From positions 544,001 to 608,000 of the forward strand of contig OZ244057.1 in NCBI GenBank assembly GCA_965215515.1: a DNA stretch of 64,000 bases. Reading direction: 5' to 3'. Below are positions 19,063 to 29,407 of this stretch, in pieces. The DNA comes from Oligoflexales bacterium (lineage in GTDB: Bacteria; Bdellovibrionota_B; Oligoflexia; Oligoflexales; JAPPIL01). Both the position numbers and the translations under genes were made by a program. Each line of letters begins with the position of its first letter. Within the stretch, counting starts at the first letter, position 1. The notes beneath the pieces are model-generated. The model saw nothing but the letters and a program-made list of their open reading frames with translations, was not told the DNA's origin and searched no databases.

Positions 19063-20670
19063 TTGTGGGTGCAAACGATGTGGTTTGCTCTTTGGACAGG
19101 AGGCTTTCTCGCTGGCTGGTTGCTGGCTAGGGTCGGGCAGTTTGACTTCTTGTCGTGGTCATGGTTGGCCTTTTTGCTGGCGTTGCTGCTGTTGCCGCGG
19201 GCGCGCCATGCCTGGCTGTGGGCGGCTGTCGGTCTTTGTTTCGGCAGTTACCACAGTGCACCCTTCCCCAGCCAACCCCTCGCAGCTGTGCGCAGTGTAC
19301 AGCATAATCCCTTGCAATTTTTTTACAGCCCCACCATCGCCACCACCAGCACCCAGGCACGCTGGCAGGTAAGGAGCTATCCACACAGTCAGGGTAGCGT
19401 GCCTGAAAGCGCAGGGAAACAACCCCACTTCATCTTCCCCCGCCCGCCACATTTGCGTGCGGAGCTAGCAAGCGGCGAACAAGCCAGGCGGAGCGCAGCG
19501 GAGCTAACAAGCGGCGAACAAGCCAGGCGGAGCGCAGCGGAGCTAGCAAGCGGCGAACAAGCCAGGCGGAGCGCAGCGGAGCTAACAAGCGGCGAACAAG
19601 CCAGGCGGAGCGCAGCGGAGCTAACAAGCGGCGAACAAGCCAGGCGGAGCGCAGCGGAGCTAACAAGCGGCGAACAAGCCAGGCGGAGCGCAGCGGAGCT
19701 AGCAAGCGGCGAACAAGCCAGGCGTGCCTCGCCTCCACCGCTCGTGCACACGATGCGCCGCTATCTTTTGCGCCAAGCTGACAACCTATGCGAGCCAGTA
19801 CACAGCTGGATTGTCAGCATCACGCTGGGCAAACGCAAGGACATGCCACACCCCTGGCGGGAGGCGTTTCGTCTGCTCGGTTTGTTTCACGTTCTGGTAA
19901 TCAGCGGGTTGCACATCACCATCATCGCGATGGGAGGTAAAAAACTGCTCGACCTTACCCTGCGTTCCCTCTACGTCGTGCGTCTGTTGACTCCTAACAG
20001 TTGGCTGCTGCTGACCAAACTGGCCAGTCTGTTGAGTTGCCTGCTGATTCTGTTTTACGGTTGTCTGGTCGGTTTCTCCGCCCCCGCACAACGTGCAGTG
20101 CTGTTGTTCCTCGCCCACCAAGGTTGTGCCCTAGGGGAACATCACGTTTCCCTGACGGAGAAGATCAAGCTGGTGTTCTTCTTGCAGATGTTGCTTTTTC
20201 CCATCGGGTTCTTATCCGACTCGTTGCTGCTCAGCTGGGGGGCTTACCTCATCGTGCTGCACTGTTTTCGAGAAGTGAAGCATGCACAGTCGTGTGGCGG
20301 CAAGCTTGCCGCCACGCTGCGTTCCCAGTTGCTCATCACGGCTCTTATTCTGTGTTTTTTCAGGGAGTTGAGTGTCTTGTCGATTCCGCTCAACATCTTG
20401 CTACTGCCTTTCATCCCCTATCTGGTGATGAGCGGGTTTCTGTTGCTGTTGTTGCCTGCGAGTACACCTCTCGCGGGGTGGATCGAGTACTCGCACCTGT
20501 TCTTTCTGCAACAAATTGCCCGTCTCGCTGAAATAGCCTCTACTTACAGCTGGTTAATCATCGACCTGCACGATAGCCCTCCTCTGCGGGTCGGTCTGTT
20601 CGTCATTTTGATCCTTATGGTCTTAAGGAGAAGCATGTTTGTGACGAAAAGGGATGCGGGGCGAAGTTAG
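19063..20670 (+). CDS. comEC: ComEC/Rec2 competence domain protein
   Basis: GLFHVLVISGLHI and GFSAPAQRA motifs with multiple TM segments; no metallo-beta-lactamase domain. Confidence 0.82.
   Translation: MWVQTMWFALWTGGFLAGWLLARVGQFDFLSWSWLAFLLALLLLPRARHAWLWAAVGLCFGSYHSAPFPSQPLAAVRSVQHNPLQFFYSPTIATTSTQARWQVRSYPHSQGSVPESAGKQPHFIFPRPPHLRAELASGEQARRSAAELTSGEQARRSAAELASGEQARRSAAELTSGEQARRSAAELTSGEQARRSAAELTSGEQARRSAAELASGEQARRASPPPLVHTMRRYLLRQADNLCEPVHSWIVSITLGKRKDMPHPWREAFRLLGLFHVLVISGLHITIIAMGGKKLLDLTLRSLYVVRLLTPNSWLLLTKLASLLSCLLILFYGCLVGFSAPAQRAVLLFLAHQGCALGEHHVSLTEKIKLVFFLQMLLFPIGFLSDSLLLSWGAYLIVLHCFREVKHAQSCGGKLAATLRSQLLITALILCFFRELSVLSIPLNILLLPFIPYLVMSGFLLLLLPASTPLAGWIEYSHLFFLQQIARLAEIASTYSWLIIDLHDSPPLRVGLFVILILMVLRRSMFVTKRDAGRS
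19459..19724. repeat. 39-bp in-frame tandem repeat (6 full + 1 partial) inside comEC
   Basis: Unit gcggagcta(g/a)caagcggcgaacaagccaggcggagcgca encodes AEL(A/T)SGEQARRSA. Confidence 0.95.
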
Positions 20671-20680
20671 GAGGTGACAA

Positions 20681-21100
20681 TTGAACATCGGAAAAAATTG
20701 GCAGGGACAGAGAGTACTTATCGTCGATGATGCCAAAGTGGTAAGAACTGCGGTGGGCAGGATATACACCGAAGCGGGCTTACACGTCTGCGGTGAGGCG
20801 GAAAACGGGCTGCGGGCACTGGATTTTCTGGAGAAAAATTCCGTAGACCTGCTCAGCCTAGACGTGATCATGCCAGAGATGAACGGCATCGATTGCTTGC
20901 GCCGCATTAAACGCATCGGGATGCCGTTACGCACGGTCTTTTTGAGCTGTCTCTTCGACGACCGCAAGGTCGTGGCGCGCCTGCAGGAAGAATTTTCTGA
21001 TGTCGCCTTCGTGAGCAAACCGTTGACCAGAGAAAGCCTTGCCCAAGCACTGCACCATCTCTCTGGCACTGGACGTAGGGAGATGGCGATGAGTGCTTGA
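20681..21100 (+). CDS. single-domain CheY-like response regulator
   Basis: LIVDDA, LDVIMPEMNG and KP motifs; SD aggaggt upstream. Confidence 0.9.
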   Translation: MNIGKNWQGQRVLIVDDAKVVRTAVGRIYTEAGLHVCGEAENGLRALDFLEKNSVDLLSLDVIMPEMNGIDCLRRIKRIGMPLRTVFLSCLFDDRKVVARLQEEFSDVAFVSKPLTRESLAQALHHLSGTGRREMAMSA

Positions 21101-21170
21101 TGTTCCCCCGCTTCGGTACACACAGTTGCCGAGCGCGAGTTTTTGTGCTACTCTCCGCCGCTCGTACAGT

Positions 21171-21186
21171 CCACAGGAATTTGTGG
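21171..21186. promoter_or_regulatory. possible NrdR-box-like palindrome upstream of nrdJ
   Basis: 16-bp CCACAGGAATTTGTGG with CCACA/TGTGG arms; the centre deviates from the NrdR consensus. Confidence 0.3.
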
Positions 21187-21340
21187 TGCGAGCCTCGTGG
21201 TCGCCGATTTTCGCGGTGGACGGCCGCGTTTTTTTCTGTTAGACTGGCCAGAATTTTAATAAATCATGACTCGTGAGGAACGTGATGTTGGTTGCGGCGC
21301 TACGCTTTGTCCTATTGTTGTCTCTTAACTCGGCACGTCC

Positions 21341-24300
21341 ATGAGGGTGGCGAGACTTTTTACAGCCCACAAAACCAGCCCGTACGATGGTTTGGAGTTC
21401 GAACAGCGCCAATCTGAACTGAAAAACCCCGACGGCAGTGGAGCGAGTGCGGCACTAGAGGTTACCGTCCCCAAAAGCTGGAGCAATGTTGCCTCCGACA
21501 TTATGGCACAGAAATATTTTCGGCGGCGTGGTGTTCCCGAACAGGGAGCGGAGAAGGATGCACGGCAGGTGTTTCATCGTCTCGCAGGGTGCTGGCGGTA
21601 TTGGGGGGAGAAACACGGCTATTTTGACAGTACCGAGAGCGCCGCGGCTTTCTACGATGAAGCCTGCTTCATGCTGGCACATCAGTACGGTGCGCCGAAC
21701 AGCCCGCAATGGTTCAACACAGGCCTGCACTTCGCCTACGGACTGGAGGGGCCGCCACAAGGTCACTACTACGTCACACAGAGCGGCGAGATCGTCGCGT
21801 CGGATAACGCTTACGAACGGCCACAGCCACATGCCTGCTTCATCCAAGCGGTACGGGACAATCTCGTCAGCGAGGGTGGCATCATGGATTTGTGGGCGAA
21901 GGAAGCACGCCTCTTCAAGTACGGTAGCGGGACGGGGACTAACTTCAGCAGTCTGCGGGGCAGAGGTGAGCCGTTGTCGGGGGGTGGAGTGTCCTCGGGC
22001 TTGATGTCGTTCTTGCGCGTCGGGGATCGTGCTGCAGGAGCGATCAAGAGCGGCGGCACAACGCGTCGTGCCGCGAAGATGGTCTGTCTCGATATCGACC
22101 ACCCCGACGTTGAGGATTTCGTCAACTGGAAACTGCACGAAGAACAGAAAGTAGCCGCCCTGGTCGCGGGGGCACAGGCTCTCAAACAGCATCTGGAGAG
22201 GGTGCTCGTAGCTTGCCAGCAAGGTGGCAAGGTCTCAGCCGAGAGCTGCGATGCGAGCCGCAACAAGGTGTTGGGCAAGGCTTGTCGTGCCGCACAGCAA
22301 GCACACGTGCCGCCCAACTACATCGCTAGAGTGCTGGAGTTGGCACGGCAGGGTCATACGCAGATAGATGTGCAGAGTTTTGACACCGACTGGAATTCGG
22401 AAGCTTACCAAACTGTCGCGGGACAGAATTCCAACAACTCGGTACGCATCAAGAACGCTTTCATGCAAGTTTTGGCAGAGAAACAAGATTGGGCGTTGAC
22501 TGCCCGCAGCGATGGTAGTGTCGTGCGCCGCGTGTCTGCGACGCAGTTGTGGAACGATATTTGTTTCGCCGCCTGGTCGTGCGCCGACCCAGGCTTACAG
22601 TTCGACGACACCATCAACGAGTGGCATACCTGTCCTCAAGACGGGAGAATCAGAGCTTCCAATCCTTGTTCGGAGTACATGTTTCTCGACGATACGGCCT
22701 GTAACCTCGCATCGCTCAACCTACTCAAGTTTTACGATTATGCGCGGGGCACTTTCAACGTCGAGGCTTTCCGTCACGCCTGCCGCCTATGGACGGTGGT
22801 GCTCGACATTTCGGTGCAGATGGCACAGTTTCCTAGCCGTGAGATCGCTCGCCAGAGCTGGAACTATCGCACCCTCGGTCTCGGTTATGCCAATATCGGC
22901 GCACTGTTGATGACGATGGGCATTCCTTATGGCAGCGAGCGTGCCACCGCCATCGGTGCGGCATTGACCGCGTTGATGACCGCAGAAGCTTACCGCACCA
23001 GTGCGGAATTGGCACAGCAACTTGCTCCGTTTCCGCGCTTTGCGGCCAATCGTGCCGACATGTTGCGGGTTATCGGCAATCATCGTGCCGCTACCCACGC
23101 TGAACTACCGTTCGACAAACTATCTTGCCAACCGCAGCGGATTGCCGCCGAGCACTGTCCCCCCTACCTGCTGGCCGCCGCCCAGCAGTGTTGGGACGAA
23201 GCATTGGCACTCGGTACACAGTATGGCTACCGCAATGCTCAGACGACCGTCATCGCACCGACAGGCACAATCGGGTTGCTGATGGATTGCGACACGACAG
23301 GCATCGAGCCTGATTATGCGCTGGTCAAATACAAAAAACTGGCGGGAGGTGGTTATTTCAAAATTATCAACCAATCTGTGCCTCGTGCCCTGCAACCGCT
23401 CGGTTATCGCCCTCAACAGATCAAAGAAATCGTTACCTATTGTGTAGGGCACGGCACGTTAGCAGAAGCACCCCACATTAACTTTGCGAGCTTGAAAGAA
23501 AAGGGTTTCACCGATGACATGTTGGTCACACTCAATGCTAAGATGCCACATATTTTTGATATTTCTTTTGCTTTCACCAAATGGACGTTGGGCGAGAGGT
23601 TTTGTGTCGAAACTCTGAAAATCGAGCGTGCACTGCTCGACGATCCGACTTGCAACATTTTGCCCCACATCGGCTTTTCGGCCGCGGAAATCGCCGCCGC
23701 GAATGAATATGTCTGTGGCACGATGACTTTGGAGGGTGCACCTCATCTACGAGAAGAGCATCTCGCGGTGTTCGACTGTGCCAACAAATGTGGACGACAG
23801 GGGAAACGTTATATTTCTCCCTCCAAGCATCTCGCGATGTTGGCGGCAGCACAGCCACATGTATCGGGTGCGATCAGCAAAACGATCAACTTGCCTTACG
23901 AAGCGACGTTGGCCGATATCGACCGTGTTTATCGGCAGGCGTGGGCATCGATGATCAAGGCGATTGCTCTTTATCGTGATGGCTCGAAACTCAGCCAGCC
24001 ACTGGCCACACAGCAAAGCGAGTGGTACGAGGAGGGCGTGGATGTGCGGGGCGTGGGGGAAGATTTGGTGCGTTTCCACAAGGGAACGCGACGGCATCTG
24101 CCCAACAAGCGTTCAGGCTACACGCAAAAGGTGAAGATAGAGGGGCACAATATTTATTTGCGCACGGGTGAATATGAAAACGGCGATCTAGGGGAAATTT
24201 TTCTCGACATGAATAAGGAGGGCACGTTGCTCGGTGGCATCATGAACAGCTTTGCCATCGCGGTCAGTCTTGGTCTGCAGTACGGCGTACCGCTCGATGA

Positions 24301-24628
24301 GTTCGTCGATGTCTTCACCTTCAGTCGTTTTGAGCCGAGCGGTTTGGTGTTAGGGCACAATAACATCAAGCACTCCACTTCTATTATAGATTTTCTGTTT
24401 CGAGATTTGGCGATCAATTATCTCGATCGCGGCGATTTGAGCAACACCCCTCATAAGGAGCGGCTACTAAAGTCCGAAACCCAGCTGGCTCTCGCGGCAC
24501 CGTTGGAACAGGCACGTGCCAGCGGCTATGCAGGTGAGCCTTGCCCTAGCTGCAACTCATTGACTCTGGTGCGCAACGGCTCGTGCCTGAAGTGTTTAAG
24601 CTGCGGCGAGACAACGGGCTGCAGTTAG
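21341..24628 (+). CDS. nrdJ: class II adenosylcobalamin-dependent ribonucleotide reductase
   Basis: PNSPQWFN, QPHACFI, NPCSEY, APTGTI and SGAISKT motifs; C-terminal TSCPD domain and CxxC...CxxC. Confidence 0.96.
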   Translation: MRVARLFTAHKTSPYDGLEFEQRQSELKNPDGSGASAALEVTVPKSWSNVASDIMAQKYFRRRGVPEQGAEKDARQVFHRLAGCWRYWGEKHGYFDSTESAAAFYDEACFMLAHQYGAPNSPQWFNTGLHFAYGLEGPPQGHYYVTQSGEIVASDNAYERPQPHACFIQAVRDNLVSEGGIMDLWAKEARLFKYGSGTGTNFSSLRGRGEPLSGGGVSSGLMSFLRVGDRAAGAIKSGGTTRRAAKMVCLDIDHPDVEDFVNWKLHEEQKVAALVAGAQALKQHLERVLVACQQGGKVSAESCDASRNKVLGKACRAAQQAHVPPNYIARVLELARQGHTQIDVQSFDTDWNSEAYQTVAGQNSNNSVRIKNAFMQVLAEKQDWALTARSDGSVVRRVSATQLWNDICFAAWSCADPGLQFDDTINEWHTCPQDGRIRASNPCSEYMFLDDTACNLASLNLLKFYDYARGTFNVEAFRHACRLWTVVLDISVQMAQFPSREIARQSWNYRTLGLGYANIGALLMTMGIPYGSERATAIGAALTALMTAEAYRTSAELAQQLAPFPRFAANRADMLRVIGNHRAATHAELPFDKLSCQPQRIAAEHCPPYLLAAAQQCWDEALALGTQYGYRNAQTTVIAPTGTIGLLMDCDTTGIEPDYALVKYKKLAGGGYFKIINQSVPRALQPLGYRPQQIKEIVTYCVGHGTLAEAPHINFASLKEKGFTDDMLVTLNAKMPHIFDISFAFTKWTLGERFCVETLKIERALLDDPTCNILPHIGFSAAEIAAANEYVCGTMTLEGAPHLREEHLAVFDCANKCGRQGKRYISPSKHLAMLAAAQPHVSGAISKTINLPYEATLADIDRVYRQAWASMIKAIALYRDGSKLSQPLATQQSEWYEEGVDVRGVGEDLVRFHKGTRRHLPNKRSGYTQKVKIEGHNIYLRTGEYENGDLGEIFLDMNKEGTLLGGIMNSFAIAVSLGLQYGVPLDEFVDVFTFSRFEPSGLVLGHNNIKHSTSIIDFLFRDLAINYLDRGDLSNTPHKERLLKSETQLALAAPLEQARASGYAGEPCPSCNSLTLVRNGSCLKCLSCGETTGCS

Positions 24629-24667
24629 GCAGGCTTCCTTGACACGGGTGGACACTCAGCGCAACAC

Positions 24668-25822
24668 TCATCCCGCGCTGCTTGCCACCACGTTACGTAT
24701 CACAGCCGCCATGCGTGCGATGTCATGCCGATCGCCCTGGGTGGTAAAACTGGCACGAACCGCATTGCTCGCAGCATTTTCCCCATAGCCCATCGCCTTG
24801 AGGACGCGGCTACTGCGGGCTATTCCTGAAGAACAAGCACTGCCGCTGGAGACAGCAAACCCCGCGAGATCGAGAGCCACAACCAGGTCTTCACCACGCA
24901 CACCGTCGATATGGAAGCTTACCGTGTTAGGCAAACAGTGTGCTGGATCACCGTGCAAAACAGCATGCGGGATGTCAGCGAGGGCAGCACACAGCGTGTC
25001 CTTGAGTTGTTGCACATGCTGGCAGACATGCGGAAGCCGTTCCGCTAAGGCTGCGACGATGAGGCCGAAGGAGATGATGCCGCTGAGGTTTTCCGTGCCT
25101 GCCCGCCGCTGCTGTTCTTGCGAGCCGCCGCTTATCTGGGCGGGTAACGCGTGGCTGTCCTTGACGTAAAGACCGCCGCAGCCTTTCAATGCTCCCAGTT
25201 TATGAGCCGAGAAGGCAGCACTGTCGATGACGGTGCGAGCGAAACAACCCCGCAGATCGAGTTTACCCAATGTCTGCACCGCATCGCAGTGCACATGTAT
25301 CTGCGGTTGTAGTTCCTTCACCAGTTGTGCGAGTGCCGCAACATCGTTAATGACCCCCGTTTCGCTATTAGCGTGCGTCAAACAGACCAGCACGGTGTCA
25401 TCGCAGAGCAGCGAGGCAAGTGCGGCACGTTGCACGATACCGTGACGATCGAGAGGTATCTTGTCGATACGGCACAGACCTTGTTCGTGCAAGCACGTTG
25501 CCGTAGTACGTACCGAGGGGTGGTCGCCCGCGGTATAGACAATATGCGGTGTTTTTTTGCCCGCCGCCAGCCGTGCCCGTATGACGAGATTGTTGCTCTC
25601 CGTGCCGCCAGAGGTGAAGACGAACTGCTCACTGCCTATCTGGAGATAGTCGCAGATAGCACGGCGCGCTTCTTCCAACGCGATGCGTGCCTTACGTCCG
25701 CACGTATGAACGCTCGACGGGTTACCGTCCGCAGCGAGCAGACGCGCACACACCTGCGCGAGATGACGGCTGGTAACGGGTAGACCCGCATTGGCATCGG
25801 CGTAGAGAATTTTTTTGCTCAT
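24668..25822 (-). CDS. iscS: cysteine desulfurase (IscS/NifS family)
   Basis: GNPSS.H, FTSGGTESNN, DAVQ, SAHK and SSGSACSSG motifs. Confidence 0.88.
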   Translation of the reverse strand: MSKKILYADANAGLPVTSRHLAQVCARLLAADGNPSSVHTCGRKARIALEEARRAICDYLQIGSEQFVFTSGGTESNNLVIRARLAAGKKTPHIVYTAGDHPSVRTTATCLHEQGLCRIDKIPLDRHGIVQRAALASLLCDDTVLVCLTHANSETGVINDVAALAQLVKELQPQIHVHCDAVQTLGKLDLRGCFARTVIDSAAFSAHKLGALKGCGGLYVKDSHALPAQISGGSQEQQRRAGTENLSGIISFGLIVAALAERLPHVCQHVQQLKDTLCAALADIPHAVLHGDPAHCLPNTVSFHIDGVRGEDLVVALDLAGFAVSSGSACSSGIARSSRVLKAMGYGENAASNAVRASFTTQGDRHDIARMAAVIRNVVASSAG

Positions 25823-28380
25823 CGCACTGCGGTCACCAAAGCGAGCACGTCCTTCTTGCGTAAACGTTGCGGGGCAGGCACAGGACGAGCAACGGGCAAC
25901 AGTCTAGCGCAGACGAGAGCCTCGCGCATGTTAGCTACGAGGTGAAAGGAAAGCGCACGCAACACCTCGTCGGGCACATCCAGTAGATCACGCACATTGG
26001 CACGCGGTAAGATGATCTCCTTCTTGCGGTAGCGGAAAGCCGCGAGCATTTTCTCTTTGATGCCGCCAACAGGCAATACTTGCCCACGCAGGGTTATCTC
26101 GCCGCTGACGGCAAGGCTAGCTCTTAGCTTGCGGCGGGTCAGGAGGCTGGTTAAGGCCAGCAACACCGCCAAACCAGCACTGGGGCCGTCCTTGGGAGTT
26201 GCCCCGTCGGGCAGATGCACATGCAAGCGTGAGTTTTCCAAGCAGGAAGTAGCGATACCTAGTTCTTCTGCCAGAGCGGTGATTACCGAACGTGCCATCG
26301 CCGCACTTTCCTGCATCACCTTGCCAGGTAGCCCCGTCAGCAGTAGCCCGCCGTTTTTATCCGTCATCTGCATCGTCTCGACATACATGATTTCACCCCC
26401 GAAGGCGGTGCAAGCCAGTCCGATCGCGACCCCAGGCGGGAGGCTCAGATCGTTCGGTTCAGCGTGATAGAGCGGTGTACCGAGATGCTGTGCGATGTCA
26501 GCGGCGTTGAGTGTCGCGGGAATGTCCTGCTGCGTGGCGACATGCTGTCTGATGACCTTGCGCCCAACGTCTTCTATCTTACGTTGGAGCTGACGCACAC
26601 CTGCCTCTTGGGTGTAGTTTTTGATGATAGTGAACAGTGCCTCCTTATCAAAACTGAAACGGCGCGGCGCGATGTGTAGTTTTTTTCTGATTTGCGGCAA
26701 GAGATGTTTCTGGGCAATTTTTATCTTCTCCTGATCGCTGTAGGAAGACAGTGCGACGATTTCCATGCGACTCAACAGCGGGGTAGGAATCGTGCTGCTA
26801 TCGTTCGCGGTAGCCACGAACAAAATACCCGACAGATCGAAAGGCACATCGAGATAAAGATCCTTGAAAGCCTTGTTCTGCTGGTAATCTAACACCTCCA
26901 GCAGCGCGGCTTGTACATCGTTGTGCTTGTCGCGGTTACCGAGTTTGTCGAGTTCGTCGAGCAGAATGACCGCACTGCTATCACCGACTTGCTTGATGGC
27001 TTGCATGATACGCCCTGGCATCGCCCCTACGTAGGTACGGCGCAGACCACGGATCTCGATCTCCTCCCGCATGCCGCCGAGAGAAATTTTAACCATCTTG
27101 CGTTGCAGTGCATCGGCAATCGATCTGACCAGAGAAGTCTTGCCTACGCCAGGCGGCCCGACGAACAGCAGTATCTGTCCCTCGATTTTGCGTTTGTGGA
27201 TTATCACCGCGAGGTGTTCGAGAATACGTTCCTTGATGGCAGTAAGGCCGAAGTGGTTTTTATCAAGTATCCTCATGGCCTTAGCCAAATCAGGCAGCAC
27301 AAAGGGTTTGCTGTGCCAGGGCAGGTCTTTCAACCAGCTGAGGTACTGGTGTGAAATCATGTACTCGCTAGAACCGTAGGGGGCGAGGTCGATTTTCTCT
27401 AGCTCGCTGAAGACGACCTCACGCACCTGCGGGGGCAGGTCGGCAGACTGCAGTGCGTGTGTCAAACTCTTGACCTCCGCACTGTGCTCGTCGAGGTCAG
27501 CGAGTTCGCCCTGCAGAGTCTTGATCTGTTCTCTGACAAAGTTAGCGCGTTCGCCCGCGGTGATCTGCTCCTCGACTTGTTTCTGAATGTCGGACGAATA
27601 CTTGAGCAGTTCGACTTCACGTTGCAGGTATTTGCTGGTCAGGGCGAGGCGGGTGGTAAGCTGTGGCAACGACAACAGCGGCAGTTGTTCTTCGTAGGTC
27701 ATGGTCAGGTGCGGGGCGAGCAAATCGCAGAGACGATGCGGATCTTCGGTGCTGCTCAACAGCAGAGCACGGGTCTTGTTGTCGATGTTCTCGTTTAATT
27801 TCAATAACTTCGACAACGAAGCACGTATACTGCTGACTTGGCGCAGAATACGGCGGGAGGAGACACGGGCACTGTTCTCGATCGGTCTCACTACCGAATG
27901 ATAGCCATCGCCCTCTCTGCGTGCCAGCGAAGAGACGAACATACGGCGGACACCTCGCACCAGATAACCCTTCTCACCGTCATCGAGGTTGAGAGACTTG
28001 ACCAGCTTGGCTTCTATGCCTACCTGGCAGAAATCAGGCGAGTGTGTATCCCTATCGGTCAACGAGATAAACACGAAACCATCACGCTTGGCTTTCTGCA
28101 AATTCTGGCTCTTGCGCAACCACAGACGGGAAGGCATGTCGAGGTCGTCACTGGCCAACGTCGTCTGCCCTGAGGGAAACACGATACGCTTCTTTATGGC
28201 ACAAGCATTTAATTTTATTGTATTTTTCTCGGCACGTGGCACTTGCAAAGCCGTTGCAGTTTCAAGGTGAAAAGACTTTAAATACTTAGCGACGGTATAC
28301 ATGACACCACTTCTGCAACAGGTGGGAGGGGCAGCGCCCGACAGGTGATAAAAATACCTGCCGAGTATTTTCGTTGTCAA
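25819..28380 (-). CDS. lon: ATP-dependent Lon protease
   Basis: GPPGVGKTS, RRTYVGAMPG, LDELDK, PKDGPSAG and PVGGIKEK motifs; exact start uncertain. Confidence 0.95.
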   Translation of the reverse strand: MTTKILGRYFYHLSGAAPPTCCRSGVMYTVAKYLKSFHLETATALQVPRAEKNTIKLNACAIKKRIVFPSGQTTLASDDLDMPSRLWLRKSQNLQKAKRDGFVFISLTDRDTHSPDFCQVGIEAKLVKSLNLDDGEKGYLVRGVRRMFVSSLARREGDGYHSVVRPIENSARVSSRRILRQVSSIRASLSKLLKLNENIDNKTRALLLSSTEDPHRLCDLLAPHLTMTYEEQLPLLSLPQLTTRLALTSKYLQREVELLKYSSDIQKQVEEQITAGERANFVREQIKTLQGELADLDEHSAEVKSLTHALQSADLPPQVREVVFSELEKIDLAPYGSSEYMISHQYLSWLKDLPWHSKPFVLPDLAKAMRILDKNHFGLTAIKERILEHLAVIIHKRKIEGQILLFVGPPGVGKTSLVRSIADALQRKMVKISLGGMREEIEIRGLRRTYVGAMPGRIMQAIKQVGDSSAVILLDELDKLGNRDKHNDVQAALLEVLDYQQNKAFKDLYLDVPFDLSGILFVATANDSSTIPTPLLSRMEIVALSSYSDQEKIKIAQKHLLPQIRKKLHIAPRRFSFDKEALFTIIKNYTQEAGVRQLQRKIEDVGRKVIRQHVATQQDIPATLNAADIAQHLGTPLYHAEPNDLSLPPGVAIGLACTAFGGEIMYVETMQMTDKNGGLLLTGLPGKVMQESAAMARSVITALAEELGIATSCLENSRLHVHLPDGATPKDGPSAGLAVLLALTSLLTRRKLRASLAVSGEITLRGQVLPVGGIKEKMLAAFRYRKKEIILPRANVRDLLDVPDEVLRALSFHLVANMREALVCARLLPVARPVPAPQRLRKKDVLALVTAVR

Positions 28381-28525
28381 GACGGTTTCGGGTTTTCTGC
28401 TGGGAAGATGGGGGCATCTACACGAGTTTTGTGCTTGAGGTTAAGCACTACCCGTGCCAAACACGTTCGTCTCAGCTGTTTATTTCCTGTATTGTGGCCA
28501 GACTGAGCTTGTGAGGTAGCGGTTT

Positions 28526-29407
28526 GTGGTCGTCGCCCGAGACAGAATAGTAGCCATCGTCGGCCCCACGGCGGCGGGCAAAAGTGCGTTGGCCATGCGT
28601 CTCGCACAGCAACTGCGGGCAGAGATAGTCATCTGTGACTCGGTGCAGGTTTACCGCGGTTTTGACATCGGTGCAGTCAAACCGAGTGTCGCGGCACGAC
28701 GGCAGGTTGTACACCACCTCATCGACAGCGTAGAGGCACACGAAGACTACAGTGCGGGGCGTTATCGCCGTGCGGCACGGGCGGTGATCGCCACCATCCT
28801 GGCTCGCGGGCACAGGGCACTGGTAGTGGGCGGCTGCGGTCTCTACTGGCGTGCTTTGCTGGGGCACGAATGGCACGACACTCCTCCCGCGGCGGCGCAG
28901 CTGCGGGCGGAATTGGCTTGCCTGAGCAACGTTCAGCTAGTGCAGCGTTTGCGCGCCCTCGATCCGTCACGCGCGGTGGAGGTGCATCCTGCCGATCGTG
29001 TGCGGTTGCTGCGGGCGATCGAGATTGCACAGGTGAGTGGCAAGGCACGGCACGAGTTACCGCGGGCGGTTGGCACAACCCTGTCGCCACGGGTCATTTA
29101 TCTCAAACCCGCGCGGGAGGAACTGCATCGTCGTATCGCCGCCCGCACACGAGGTATACTCGCCGCGGGGTTGGTGACGGAGGTTAAGGCATTGCTGGCG
29201 AGCGGTTGCCCTCCACATGCTAAACCGATGCAGAGTATCGGCTATCGGCAGGTCGTTGCCTACTTGCAAGGGGAGTTAGCGGAGGGAGAGTTGGCGACGA
29301 GAATTATTTACGCGACGCGCCAATATGCTAAACGTCAGATGACCTGGTTCAATAAGAGCGAGTACGATGTCTGTGTTGCGGCGGGGGAAGAGTTTGCATG
29401 TCTATGA
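28526..29407 (+). CDS. miaA: tRNA dimethylallyltransferase
   Basis: GPTAAGKS, DSVQVYRG.DIG, SIGY and TRQYAKRQ.TWF motifs. Confidence 0.95.
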   Translation: MVVARDRIVAIVGPTAAGKSALAMRLAQQLRAEIVICDSVQVYRGFDIGAVKPSVAARRQVVHHLIDSVEAHEDYSAGRYRRAARAVIATILARGHRALVVGGCGLYWRALLGHEWHDTPPAAAQLRAELACLSNVQLVQRLRALDPSRAVEVHPADRVRLLRAIEIAQVSGKARHELPRAVGTTLSPRVIYLKPAREELHRRIAARTRGILAAGLVTEVKALLASGCPPHAKPMQSIGYRQVVAYLQGELAEGELATRIIYATRQYAKRQMTWFNKSEYDVCVAAGEEFACL

